43,436 bases of DNA, from assembly GCA_964613435.1 (NCBI GenBank), contig CAZTHA010000001.1:1-43436 (forward strand), in the 5' to 3' direction. The notes beneath the pieces were generated by a model. That model was not told the origin of the DNA. It ran no database searches and saw only the letters and a list, made by a program, of their open reading frames with translations. Of the stretch, positions 1 to 7,905 are shown one piece after another. The stretch's first letter is position 1. Each line of letters begins with the position of its first letter. A program made the position numbers and the translations under genes. This DNA comes from an uncultured bacterium (GTDB lineage Bacteria; Muiribacteriota; Ozemobacteria; Ozemobacterales; Ozemobacteraceae).

Positions 1-219
1 CAGGTGCATACGCCCATTTATCAGCATGGTGAATGGGCTTTGAATACGGATGCCTACACTGCGGCTGACTTCAATCAGGCGGCGGCTTCACCCAGCCTAA
101 TGAAATCTCTGACCCTGAGGATTCGCTGGAGCAATTCGATTAAAGCAGATCCTCTCAGTGAAGAAAAGGGATCGGTATTGTGGGTTGTCACTCACAAGGC
201 CAGATTGAAATCAGGATAA
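1..219 (+). CDS. 3' end of an unidentified gene running off the left edge, probably part of the downstream pilin-like gene string
   Basis: Frame 1 is open from base 1 to TAA 217-219, and the next gene's ATG (220) abuts the stop. No diagnostic motif in the ~72 visible residues. Confidence 0.35.
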   Translation, partial: QVHTPIYQHGEWALNTDAYTAADFNQAAASPSLMKSLTLRIRWSNSIKADPLSEEKGSVLWVVTHKARLKSG

Positions 220-996
220 ATGATGTTAAATAAATACGGCAAAAGAAGGTCTGGCTCTGCGGTTGTTGTCGCGTTGGCGATTGCCACGGTCTTGTTGATG
301 GCCGAAGGCTTTTTGATGACGCAGACTCAGCAGCAGATCAAAATGACTGAACAGCAACAAATTCGGCTTCAGGCATGGTTTGCGGCCAGAGGCGTCATGC
401 AGCATGCAATGCTCAAGTGTCAGCTGATGCCGACGCAGCTTTATGATGCAGCCGCCTTTTCAGTCGGAAAAAATCCGCTTTTTGATTTTACCGAGTATGA
501 TTCTGCCCTGCCGGCAATGTTTCCTACGGTTCAGGTCAATTCAAAGTATTTGAAACTTGCTTCAAATCTGAATCCTGGTCCACGCTTTTTGACCACCTTT
601 CCGGGCAGCTATCCGACAACGGAATATGAAAAGTGGACAAAAATTGCCCAGTTTCATGCCAATGACCTGGTTCAGACGTCTAATGTTTCTGCGTGGCCGA
701 AAGACAAGCAGGGTAATGACATTGCCAATCCCTCGCTTTATCTGCACAAATTTTACGCTGACATAAAGTTTACAGCAACCGCTGACAGCGCTATGGCTGC
801 CAATCAGTTCGATTTTCCCAATGGCTACCCCTATGATTTTGATTATTCGGTAGACAATCTCGAAGTGGTGGCTGTGCAAGATCAGAGAAAATACAATGAT
901 GAGGCCGTGCGTCTCACGGTCAAGGGGAAATGTAAATACAGGAATCTTGAATTCGAGCAGACCCTTTCCAACATCATCAGAATCAAGAGAAATTGA
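220..996 (+). CDS. PilX/GspK-like minor (pseudo)pilin, N-terminally membrane anchored
   Basis: N-terminus KRRSGSAVVVALAIATVLLMAEGF is a basic stretch plus hydrophobic helix, followed by RLQAWFAARGVMQHAML. This is the pattern I associate with PilX_N/GspK N-termini. Abuts the upstream stop; TGA 994-996 lies just before the next pilin-like gene. Confidence 0.45.
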   Translation: MMLNKYGKRRSGSAVVVALAIATVLLMAEGFLMTQTQQQIKMTEQQQIRLQAWFAARGVMQHAMLKCQLMPTQLYDAAAFSVGKNPLFDFTEYDSALPAMFPTVQVNSKYLKLASNLNPGPRFLTTFPGSYPTTEYEKWTKIAQFHANDLVQTSNVSAWPKDKQGNDIANPSLYLHKFYADIKFTATADSAMAANQFDFPNGYPYDFDYSVDNLEVVAVQDQRKYNDEAVRLTVKGKCKYRNLEFEQTLSNIIRIKRN

Positions 997-1007
997 CGGG
1001 GATGGCC

Positions 1008-1688
1008 ATGAAAAAACGCAAAGGTTATACGCTGGTAGAAGTTCTTATTGCCAGTGGAGTGTTTACCCTTTTTCTCGGCGCAGCTCTGGGGCTGTTTTTC
1101 TATAGCCAGAAGTCGATAAACAAGGCCAGCTGGATCAACAATGCCACCAGAGATGAAAGTTTGGCGTTAAGACGCGTTTCTGAACTGGCTAAAACCAGCT
1201 CTTATCCTTCGACCACTCTTGAGAACGTTTTGAAGATTGCCGACGGTGACAATACCTATAAAGCCAAGTTGCCCGCCGGTGTCGGCGAATTGGCCGTTTC
1301 GGCCAATACCAGTGCAGACATTCTCGCTTTCCCGGTCTGTACAGAGCAAACATCGAGTGCGGCGGGTTCGGTGCGCTGGGCTAGCTTGTGGCTTGAGCCA
1401 TCGGCCTATACCGGTTACTCTGACCTTTTTCTGCGGGTTTCTCCGCCGGTTGCCTATTCCCCTGGCGCTCCGAATTACGTTGAAGGAATGAGCACCGGTG
1501 CCTATAGTGATTCGCTTGCTGCCAAAGAAAAGTATTCCCTGCTGAAAAATGTCGAAAAGACGGTTATCAACCGTGTTGATAATTCCAGCGATTCGGTTGA
1601 TCTAATATTCACTCTATCTTTTCCAGAAAACAAGAATTTCAAAAAAGAAGTTAAACTGTCGCCCACGCTGAACGTTCTGTTCGAGTAA
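1008..1688 (+). CDS. Prepilin-type N-terminal cleavage/methylation domain protein (type IV pilin or T2SS pseudopilin-like)
   Basis: MKKRKG|YTLVEVLIASGVFTLFLGAAL has a short basic leader, Gly at -1, Glu at +5 and a hydrophobic helix. GGGGA lies about 6 nt upstream of ATG 1008. Alternative starts are ATG 1002 and TTG 993 (ORF-track start). Confidence 0.7.
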   Translation: MKKRKGYTLVEVLIASGVFTLFLGAALGLFFYSQKSINKASWINNATRDESLALRRVSELAKTSSYPSTTLENVLKIADGDNTYKAKLPAGVGELAVSANTSADILAFPVCTEQTSSAAGSVRWASLWLEPSAYTGYSDLFLRVSPPVAYSPGAPNYVEGMSTGAYSDSLAAKEKYSLLKNVEKTVINRVDNSSDSVDLIFTLSFPENKNFKKEVKLSPTLNVLFE

Positions 1689-1776
1689 TTTTGGCCCATT
1701 AGTCACTGCAGGATTTGCCATCTTCGAAGTGTACGGTTATTATTAAAAGATATTGTTGTGCTTTTGAGGAGGGCAA

Positions 1777-3033
1777 ATGAAGAGATTTTTATCGGTTGCC
1801 TTGTTCTGTTTGTTTGCGGTTGCAGCTTCAGCCTCTGAAAATATCAAAGAATGGACCATTCTCGTTTATGCTGTGACTGATTCAGTGCTTAATGAAACGG
1901 TCATGGCCGATATCGATGAGATGGAAACTCTCGGATCGAACGATCAGATCGAAATTTTGATGCAGGTCGACCGAAATGATTATAACCCGGTCAGATATCG
2001 TATCGTAAAGGACGATCGCCCTGGTTTTATTGCGTCAAACATTGTTGGTCATCCCGAAAATGCCGATTGTGGTTCCTGGAAAACTCTCGACGAATTTGTT
2101 GCCTGGGGTTTGCATCGAGCTCCATCACGCAGGGTGATGCTGGTTTTGCATGGTTGTCTGGGCAATCTCGGCTACGGCGCCCCAATCAAGGATCAATTAC
2201 AGGAAGTCTTTTTCGATCGACAATTTTCTGATGTTAAATTCAAGCTTGATAGAAGCAAAATTGCCATTGAAAAGGATAAAGAGAACGGGGCCCGTTATAT
2301 GGGTATCCGTCAGATGGGATTTGCCTTAAAGTCCATTCAGGTTCGCCTTGGTAGAAAAATTGATCTGGTTTGTCTCGATGACAGCTGTGAATGTTCGATT
2401 GAAAAGTTTTTCGAATATAGAGCGTATGTTGATTATTGGGTGGGTTCCGCCGGATTTTTGCCGAGCGATAACTGGCCCTACGAAAAGTTTTTCCGGCCTC
2501 TCAAAACTAACCCTCAGTCTGAGGCCAAAGACCTTGCCATTTATGCAGTAGAGGCGTTCAAGGAACATTATACCCCTTATTGCAATTTGCCCTACGGCTT
2601 TGGGGCAACCTTAACCGCATTTAAACTTGAGCATGGTCAGGAATTGATGGCCTGTCTGAAGCAGCTCTCTGCCGATCTTTATCCGTTGGCAAAGAATCGG
2701 GAAAACTGTGTCAAAATTTTGAATTTAAAAGAAAAGGTTTTGCACTATCTCAGCGGAGATGAAATAGATCTGAAACAATTCGCCGAAGGTCTTTTCAGAT
2801 TGCGACTTTCAGACTCACCTGAGTTTCTGGCCAATTGTCAGAGGCTGGCTGAGATTTGTGAAGAAGTTCGCCTGGCACACTGGGCTGATGGCCGATATTA
2901 CAAAAACGCCAATGGTGTTTCGATGAGTGTTTACAATTACCTCTTCGGTTACGATCTGCAAAAATATCGATTACTGGAATGGGATAAATTCAGTCGCTGG
3001 TCCAAATTTCTGGTCAGACTGGGCAAGTCCTGA
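1777..3033 (+). CDS. Secreted clostripain-like cysteine peptidase (C11 family)
   Basis: Signal peptide MKRFLSVALFCLFAVAASA. WTILVYAVTDSVLNE resembles the C11 signature WT(V/I)xVY(M/L)xxDNNLE. Candidate His/Cys dyad contexts are MLVLHGC and DLVCLDDSCECS. RBS GAGGAGGG upstream of the ATG. Confidence 0.6.
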   Translation: MKRFLSVALFCLFAVAASASENIKEWTILVYAVTDSVLNETVMADIDEMETLGSNDQIEILMQVDRNDYNPVRYRIVKDDRPGFIASNIVGHPENADCGSWKTLDEFVAWGLHRAPSRRVMLVLHGCLGNLGYGAPIKDQLQEVFFDRQFSDVKFKLDRSKIAIEKDKENGARYMGIRQMGFALKSIQVRLGRKIDLVCLDDSCECSIEKFFEYRAYVDYWVGSAGFLPSDNWPYEKFFRPLKTNPQSEAKDLAIYAVEAFKEHYTPYCNLPYGFGATLTAFKLEHGQELMACLKQLSADLYPLAKNRENCVKILNLKEKVLHYLSGDEIDLKQFAEGLFRLRLSDSPEFLANCQRLAEICEEVRLAHWADGRYYKNANGVSMSVYNYLFGYDLQKYRLLEWDKFSRWSKFLVRLGKS

Positions 3034-3061
3034 TTCGTTTTAAGTAAAAATTTAGATTTGC

Positions 3062-4978
3062 TTAACTAATTCTTTTGATCGGACTTAGTTGAAACTGTTC
3101 GCCGTTAAGGCTAAATGCCGTTTCTGCAGAATTTCTTGCCGGTAGAAGCTCGGAAAAAGGCAGAGCGGGCCCGATGACAAGGGTCAGACTATCAATCTTG
3201 TCCAGGAAACATTCATTTTTCTGTCCGTTGATTGTAATCTGCCAATGGTCCGGAGCTGGATTGGCGAGAACTTTGCGATCAAACAACGCCAGGCAGGGTT
3301 TGAAAGTAAGATCTTCGCAGAGCAGGTTGGCGGTAAAACCTTCTATGAAAATTTTGATGTCAGCAATGAAATAGTTTTTCAGGTATTTGACCTGTCGTCG
3401 GTCACAGGCCAGGATAATAGTTTGAATACGATCCGAGAATTGTCGGGCCGAAAGATTTCCAGCCTGTAAATGCTGAACCAGAGCCACTAGTGTGTCGTTG
3501 CCTGGTCGACAATTCATGTAGGTTCGTTCTTCGTTGATACGATAGGCTTGCAAAACCATTTTCTGCCAAAGCTCATGATCATTTTTTCTGAAATAATCCA
3601 AAATTCGGCAATAGCCTTCAATAAAGTCCCTGGCTTTGGTCTCAAGCTCTTGCAGTTGTTCGATCGAAGAAACGGTATGGTTTTTTCGCAGTGTTTTTTC
3701 AATGCTTTCGGTCATGCCATCCACTTTTGATTCGGCGAAGTTATTTGAATCATTGCGCAGTAAGCCCATGGCGGTTTCAAAATCCCCAAAGTTTTGTTCA
3801 AAACAAATCGGAAAAAATCTAAACAATCTGGAAAAATTGAAGACGGCTAAATTCTGGTTTTCCTCGTTCCATGGGGCGGTTGCCTTGAAATTGGGAAACA
3901 TCTTCATTGCCAGTTCGCTGAAGTCGGCTACCATCTGCTCATACTCTTTTTGGCTTATAGGAAGACTTTTGGCTGATTGTTGTGCATTTAGCCCGATCAG
4001 GTCAAGAAAGCGAAGCTCCAGGTGCTCCTTTTTCGAACGGTCGAAGATTCTATAAACTTCCTGGCAGCGGATCTTTTCGCTATTGAAATGGTGGTTGACC
4101 ATGGCTTTCAACAACTTTTTCTGTCCGCTGCCTTCGAGGCCGAAGAAATTGCTGAGCCAGTTTGGCCGATATGACCATTGTGGGGCCCTGCTACGCAGTG
4201 CAAAAACCGTATCATAGTCGATCATATGACCATGGATGGAGATATTCCCCGCAGACCAGCAGCCATGAAGAATTCTTTCAATGAATTTTTCCGCGTCCTG
4301 TTTCCCAAGATCGCGGGCAAATTGCCTGAAAAAATCAGCATTGACCGGTTCGTTGCGGAAAAAAAGATGTGTTGGCCGGTCGAGTTCGCCGTTTTGATCG
4401 AGTCTTACTATGAAACCGCCGGGATACTTGCCCGTGCGCCAGGGAACCTCGATCAATTCCCCGGTATCGATAACCGCCAGAACCGGTGCGCTGCCCGTCT
4501 TGAGATTGCTGCTGATAACATTGGCGCAGATAGCTTCCCATAAAGCACTGACCAGGTCGAGATGGCCATTGGAATGATTTTTATCGCTTGAAGTAGCGAG
4601 AACGGTTTTTCCGATTCCTTTCAGATTGAAGATTTTGCCGTAGTAAACGGCTCTGCCCGAACCTGAATTGCCATTGAGAGACATCTGCATCGGATCGGCC
4701 TGGCGATCGACAAAAACTTTTTTGCACGAACTTTCTTTATCTGGTTGGTTTTGATATTCGAGCTTTAACAAAAGGTGCTTTTCAACAAATTGCCTGGCTT
4801 CTTCAGTTGACATTGGTTTGCCGGCATTATTTTTCAACAGGCCCGGCTGGACGAAAACAATTCTTGCCTGACCCTCTTCTAATTTTCCCGCAAACATTTC
4901 GGCAAAGCAGTTGCTGCCAAGTCTTGCCAAGGCATCGGGAATTGTCTCGATCAAATGATGGCTCTGTTCGTTTGTCAT
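3062..4978 (-). CDS. Divergent SelO/YdiU (UPF0061)-like kinase-fold protein (putative nucleotidyltransferase/pseudokinase) with extended C-terminal region
   Basis: NGNSGSGRAVYYGKIFNLKGIGKT...NGHLDLVSALWEAICANVISSNL..SAPVLAVI parallels SelO GQLGDGRAxLLGE..LKGxGxTPYSR.GDGRAVLRSSIRExLxSEAM..LGIPTTRAL. HGCWSAGNISIHGHMIDYDT parallels HGVMNTDNMSxxGxTxDYGPF. Start taken at ATG 4978 (MTNEQSHH); the track start at 5038 is a TTG. Confidence 0.55.
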   Translation of the reverse strand: MTNEQSHHLIETIPDALARLGSNCFAEMFAGKLEEGQARIVFVQPGLLKNNAGKPMSTEEARQFVEKHLLLKLEYQNQPDKESSCKKVFVDRQADPMQMSLNGNSGSGRAVYYGKIFNLKGIGKTVLATSSDKNHSNGHLDLVSALWEAICANVISSNLKTGSAPVLAVIDTGELIEVPWRTGKYPGGFIVRLDQNGELDRPTHLFFRNEPVNADFFRQFARDLGKQDAEKFIERILHGCWSAGNISIHGHMIDYDTVFALRSRAPQWSYRPNWLSNFFGLEGSGQKKLLKAMVNHHFNSEKIRCQEVYRIFDRSKKEHLELRFLDLIGLNAQQSAKSLPISQKEYEQMVADFSELAMKMFPNFKATAPWNEENQNLAVFNFSRLFRFFPICFEQNFGDFETAMGLLRNDSNNFAESKVDGMTESIEKTLRKNHTVSSIEQLQELETKARDFIEGYCRILDYFRKNDHELWQKMVLQAYRINEERTYMNCRPGNDTLVALVQHLQAGNLSARQFSDRIQTIILACDRRQVKYLKNYFIADIKIFIEGFTANLLCEDLTFKPCLALFDRKVLANPAPDHWQITINGQKNECFLDKIDSLTLVIGPALPFSELLPARNSAETAFSLNGEQFQLSPIKRIS

Positions 4979-5228
4979 GTCATTACCATCGCAGGAATGG
5001 ATTAAAAGCCTCGGTGATGGTTGGCGTGCTCCGACCAAAGTTGATCTGATCGCTCTTTTTGCGGAAATGGGTCAAAAAAGCCCGATTGGCCAGGATTTTG
5101 TTTGGGCAGAAGCCAGAGATGCGCATTCTGCATGGTATTTCAGCTTCTATTTCCAGGAAATCCGCTGGTCATATTTTGATGATCACAGCCGCTATGGCCG
5201 TGTCGTTGCTGTTCGTCCCGCTAAATAA
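4977..5228 (+). CDS. Short ORF encoding only the C-terminal half of a DUF1566 (Lcl C-terminal, C-type-lectin-like) domain; possible gene remnant
   Basis: GWRAPTKVDLIALF...FVWAEARDAHSAWYFSFYF......GRVVAVRPAK matches the DUF1566 pattern (d)WRLPTxxELxxL ... yWsst...nAWyvnF..g......vRcVR. No signal peptide and no N-terminal half of the domain. An in-frame TGA at 4956-4958 precludes extension. Confidence 0.35.
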   Translation: MSLPSQEWIKSLGDGWRAPTKVDLIALFAEMGQKSPIGQDFVWAEARDAHSAWYFSFYFQEIRWSYFDDHSRYGRVVAVRPAK

Positions 5229-5258
5229 GTCTTTTCGATTTAAATTAGAGCAGGTTCA

Positions 5259-6647
5259 ATGGGAAAAATGCTGTTGCTTTCGCCGCCGTTGTATTGCGAA
5301 AGGCATTTGCGGCGAAGTTTTCAACCCCCATTGAACCTGCTTTATCTTTATGCCTATTTAAGGGCTAAAAACCTTGAAGTTGAGCTGTTTGAAGCTGATT
5401 CAATCGAGGATGCGGTTGAAGAAATCCTTGAAAAAGGTGCCGATCTTGTCGGAATCCCCCTTTATTACGCCTCTTTGAATAATGTTTACTCGATTGTTGA
5501 GCAGGTTCGTAATAGGAATTCCACGATAAAATTCGTTGCCGGCGGGCCGTGCCTGACCATGGAGTCCGAACGGATGATGCAGGAGGGCAACTTTGACTTC
5601 GGCGTGATCGGTGAAGGCGAAGAAACTCTGTATGAGCTTTGCGAGGCCTTGACCAAAGGTGTTGCCCCGGATGATATCGACGGACTGGTGTGTCGCCAGA
5701 ATGGCAGAATCGAAGCAAATACTCGTAGAAAGCCTATTTCTAATCTCGACGAACTGCCTTTTCTTGATTTTACGGTTGTTGACAATGATTACTATTTCGA
5801 TTTTCAGGAAAAATCAGGAGTTCCCAAAACTCTTTTTTTGAACAGCTCACGGGGTTGTTCTTTTCGCTGCAGTTACTGCTGTACGCCGGTTCTGTGGCCG
5901 GGGCCGGTCCGTCGCTATTCACCACAACGAATGGTTGATGAAATACGCTATCAGCTCAAAATTTTTCCCGAAGTTGAATTTGGTTTTTGCGATGATTCTT
6001 TTTTTTCAGACCGAAGTTGGCTCGAAAAATTTCTTGAGCTGGTAAAGCCGTTAGAAATCAAGTTTCAGTGCATCGGGCGCGCCGATCATTTGCAGCCACA
6101 AACTATTGCCAAACTGGTCGCTGCGGGAATGACCTACATCGCCTTTGGAGTTGAGACCGGCAATTCCGACCGGCAAAAAAGGCTTCAGAAAAATCTGAAT
6201 TTTAAGCGACTGTTTGCAACAATGCGGGAACTGGCCAAATATGAAGTTAAGACCAAGTGTTTTTTCATGCTTGGTTTTCCTGATGAAACGGTTGCCGAAA
6301 TGGCTGAGACAATCAATATGGCGGTTGAACTTCGTCGTCTGGGAATGGACTATTTCAGTATTTTTCCAGTCAGCGTTTATCCTGGCACCGAGCTGGCGCG
6401 ACAATTTCCGGTGGAATCATTTTCATCGGGTCTGGATGCGCACATGCCTGAAATTATTCGCGACGGTCTCGAGATCGATTTTCAGAATCAGGCCTTGTTG
6501 AAGCAAAGGTTTAATCGGCTTTTAAGTCAGCGGCAAATGATCGAAGCAGTTTCTTATGCCTGGGAAAAAGTCGATCGAGCCGAAAGTATATGTGTTGAAG
6601 AACTTGCGGCGGTTATCAGCGATGCTGCCGACGCAGACAACGGCTGA
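5259..6647 (+). CDS. Class B (cobalamin-binding domain) radical SAM enzyme, paralog 1
   Basis: N-terminal B12-binding-like region (PPLNLLYLYAYLRAKN...VGIPLYY...FVAGGPCLT...FGVIGEGEETL). Radical SAM cluster motif CSFRCSYC (CxxxCxxC, nt 5856-5879) in SRGCSFRCSYCCTPVLW. Clearly paralogous to 7902-9320. Confidence 0.85.
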   Translation: MGKMLLLSPPLYCERHLRRSFQPPLNLLYLYAYLRAKNLEVELFEADSIEDAVEEILEKGADLVGIPLYYASLNNVYSIVEQVRNRNSTIKFVAGGPCLTMESERMMQEGNFDFGVIGEGEETLYELCEALTKGVAPDDIDGLVCRQNGRIEANTRRKPISNLDELPFLDFTVVDNDYYFDFQEKSGVPKTLFLNSSRGCSFRCSYCCTPVLWPGPVRRYSPQRMVDEIRYQLKIFPEVEFGFCDDSFFSDRSWLEKFLELVKPLEIKFQCIGRADHLQPQTIAKLVAAGMTYIAFGVETGNSDRQKRLQKNLNFKRLFATMRELAKYEVKTKCFFMLGFPDETVAEMAETINMAVELRRLGMDYFSIFPVSVYPGTELARQFPVESFSSGLDAHMPEIIRDGLEIDFQNQALLKQRFNRLLSQRQMIEAVSYAWEKVDRAESICVEELAAVISDAADADNG

Positions 6648-6672
6648 AACAGAGTTGCAAAAGGAGAAAAAC

Positions 6673-7905
6673 ATGGTTTCACCCTCGGTAGTGCAGAATA
6701 TTGTCTTTAATAATGCTGATCCAAATGAACCGAGAAGTATAAATCTCTACTTCGATCATTATAAGGGAGAACCTATCTATCGGGTAGTGGCCTATCTCAA
6801 CAATTCAGGCTGCGAATGGTCGGTTAAGACCGGTGGCTGTACCATGTGCGGCACGAAAAATTCCCGCCTCGGCCGAAAAATTTCCGATGCCGAATTTTCA
6901 AATCAATTCGCGCTGATCAGAAAGTATGTAACTCAGTTCAATGCCCAGCTCGATGTTCCGGTAAAATCTTTGCATGTTTATAATGACGGTTTTTTCTTCA
7001 ACGACAACGAAATTTCGCCGGAATCGAGAGAGCAGATTTTTGCCATGGCTACCGATCTGAAAATGCAAAAGCTTGTTGTTGAAACCAACGGAATCGATAT
7101 CGTTAAAGATGACCGGAACAACGACTACCTGGGTAAAGCGGTCAAGCGTCTGGGCGAGACTGAGTTCGAGATAACTCTGGGAATCGAATCGACCAATCCG
7201 CTGATTCGTGCTCTTTACAATAAGCCGGACAGTTTTGAGGATATGCAAAAAAGCCTTGATATCATTCGCAGCAAAGGCGCGACGCTAAAAGGTTATGTTC
7301 TGGTCAAGGGACCGATGTTAACCGAGGCCGAGGCTTATGCCGATTGTGTGGAGACGATCAGGAATCTTGAGTGCTGGAGTGCTGGAAAGCGTTTCAGAGT
7401 CGAGTTTCAACCCGTGTGTCATCTGCCCAATACTTTGCACGAATACCTGATGCAATTGGATCATGCCGATCCATATTTCTGGGAACCACCTTTGTTGAGT
7501 ACGCTTTTTCGGATTCTCGCCAATTTTCCGGAAATGGGCGAAGATCTCTACACCGCTCTTTTCGCACGCATCGATCGGGATTCGCCCTGGGATTTCTGGG
7601 TAAATCGACCTCATGATGACCCGGAAACAACCTACAAACTCTATCTGAAACTTGTCGACCATTACCTTTATCGTCGCCACGAGTCGGTTACCTCGGCTCT
7701 GGAAATAGCCCATGAAGATTTGTGGTTGAAAAGGTGTGAAAGAAAAATAGAGCAATCCCTTGAGGAAAGAGTTGCCATGGTTAAAAAGCTTCTTGAACTG
7801 AGTCGAAAGAATCGGGTTCATTTAAGTGATTATTTAAAAAATAATCTTGCCAATGAAGGTAACTTCTGGGAACGGTGCAGCCGGCATCTCGACAGTCTTA
7901 AATGA
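6673..7905 (+). CDS. Radical SAM enzyme of the Elp3-like / TIGR01210 (RaSEA-like) type with C-x8-C-x2-C motif
   Basis: NNSGCEWSVKTGGCTMCGTKN (Cys codons 6811, 6838, 6847) matches the GCxW....GGCxMCG pattern I recall for TIGR01210-family radical SAM proteins. GIESTNPLIRALYNK resembles the Elp3-type core. Start chosen at ATG 6673 behind AAGGAG (6661-6666); the track start 6556 would overlap the upstream gene by 92 nt. Confidence 0.6.
   Translation: MVSPSVVQNIVFNNADPNEPRSINLYFDHYKGEPIYRVVAYLNNSGCEWSVKTGGCTMCGTKNSRLGRKISDAEFSNQFALIRKYVTQFNAQLDVPVKSLHVYNDGFFFNDNEISPESREQIFAMATDLKMQKLVVETNGIDIVKDDRNNDYLGKAVKRLGETEFEITLGIESTNPLIRALYNKPDSFEDMQKSLDIIRSKGATLKGYVLVKGPMLTEAEAYADCVETIRNLECWSAGKRFRVEFQPVCHLPNTLHEYLMQLDHADPYFWEPPLLSTLFRILANFPEMGEDLYTALFARIDRDSPWDFWVNRPHDDPETTYKLYLKLVDHYLYRRHESVTSALEIAHEDLWLKRCERKIEQSLEERVAMVKKLLELSRKNRVHLSDYLKNNLANEGNFWERCSRHLDSLK

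Noticed and set aside
3636-4055. 139-aa + strand ORF (and several 60-120 aa ones) antisense to the SelO-like gene.
   Set aside because: No motifs, and they are nested in a long ORF with a recognisable kinase-fold core.
5100-5228. Idea that the DUF1566 C-terminus is a DGR (diversity-generating retroelement) variable region.
   Set aside because: DGR targets often use this fold. However, I see no reverse transcriptase gene and spotted no second (template) copy of this ~100-nt segment in the window. A self-alignment and an RT HMM search on the whole genome would settle it.
5059-5334. 91-aa + strand ORF bridging the DUF1566 fragment and the first radical SAM gene.
   Set aside because: It is an alternative frame with no motif, overlapping two better-supported frames.
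6556-6672. N-terminal extension of the middle radical SAM ORF (track start 6556).
   Set aside because: It would overlap the upstream gene by 92 nt. ATG 6673 has a consensus AAGGAG at ideal spacing, and the family-like sequence begins after it.
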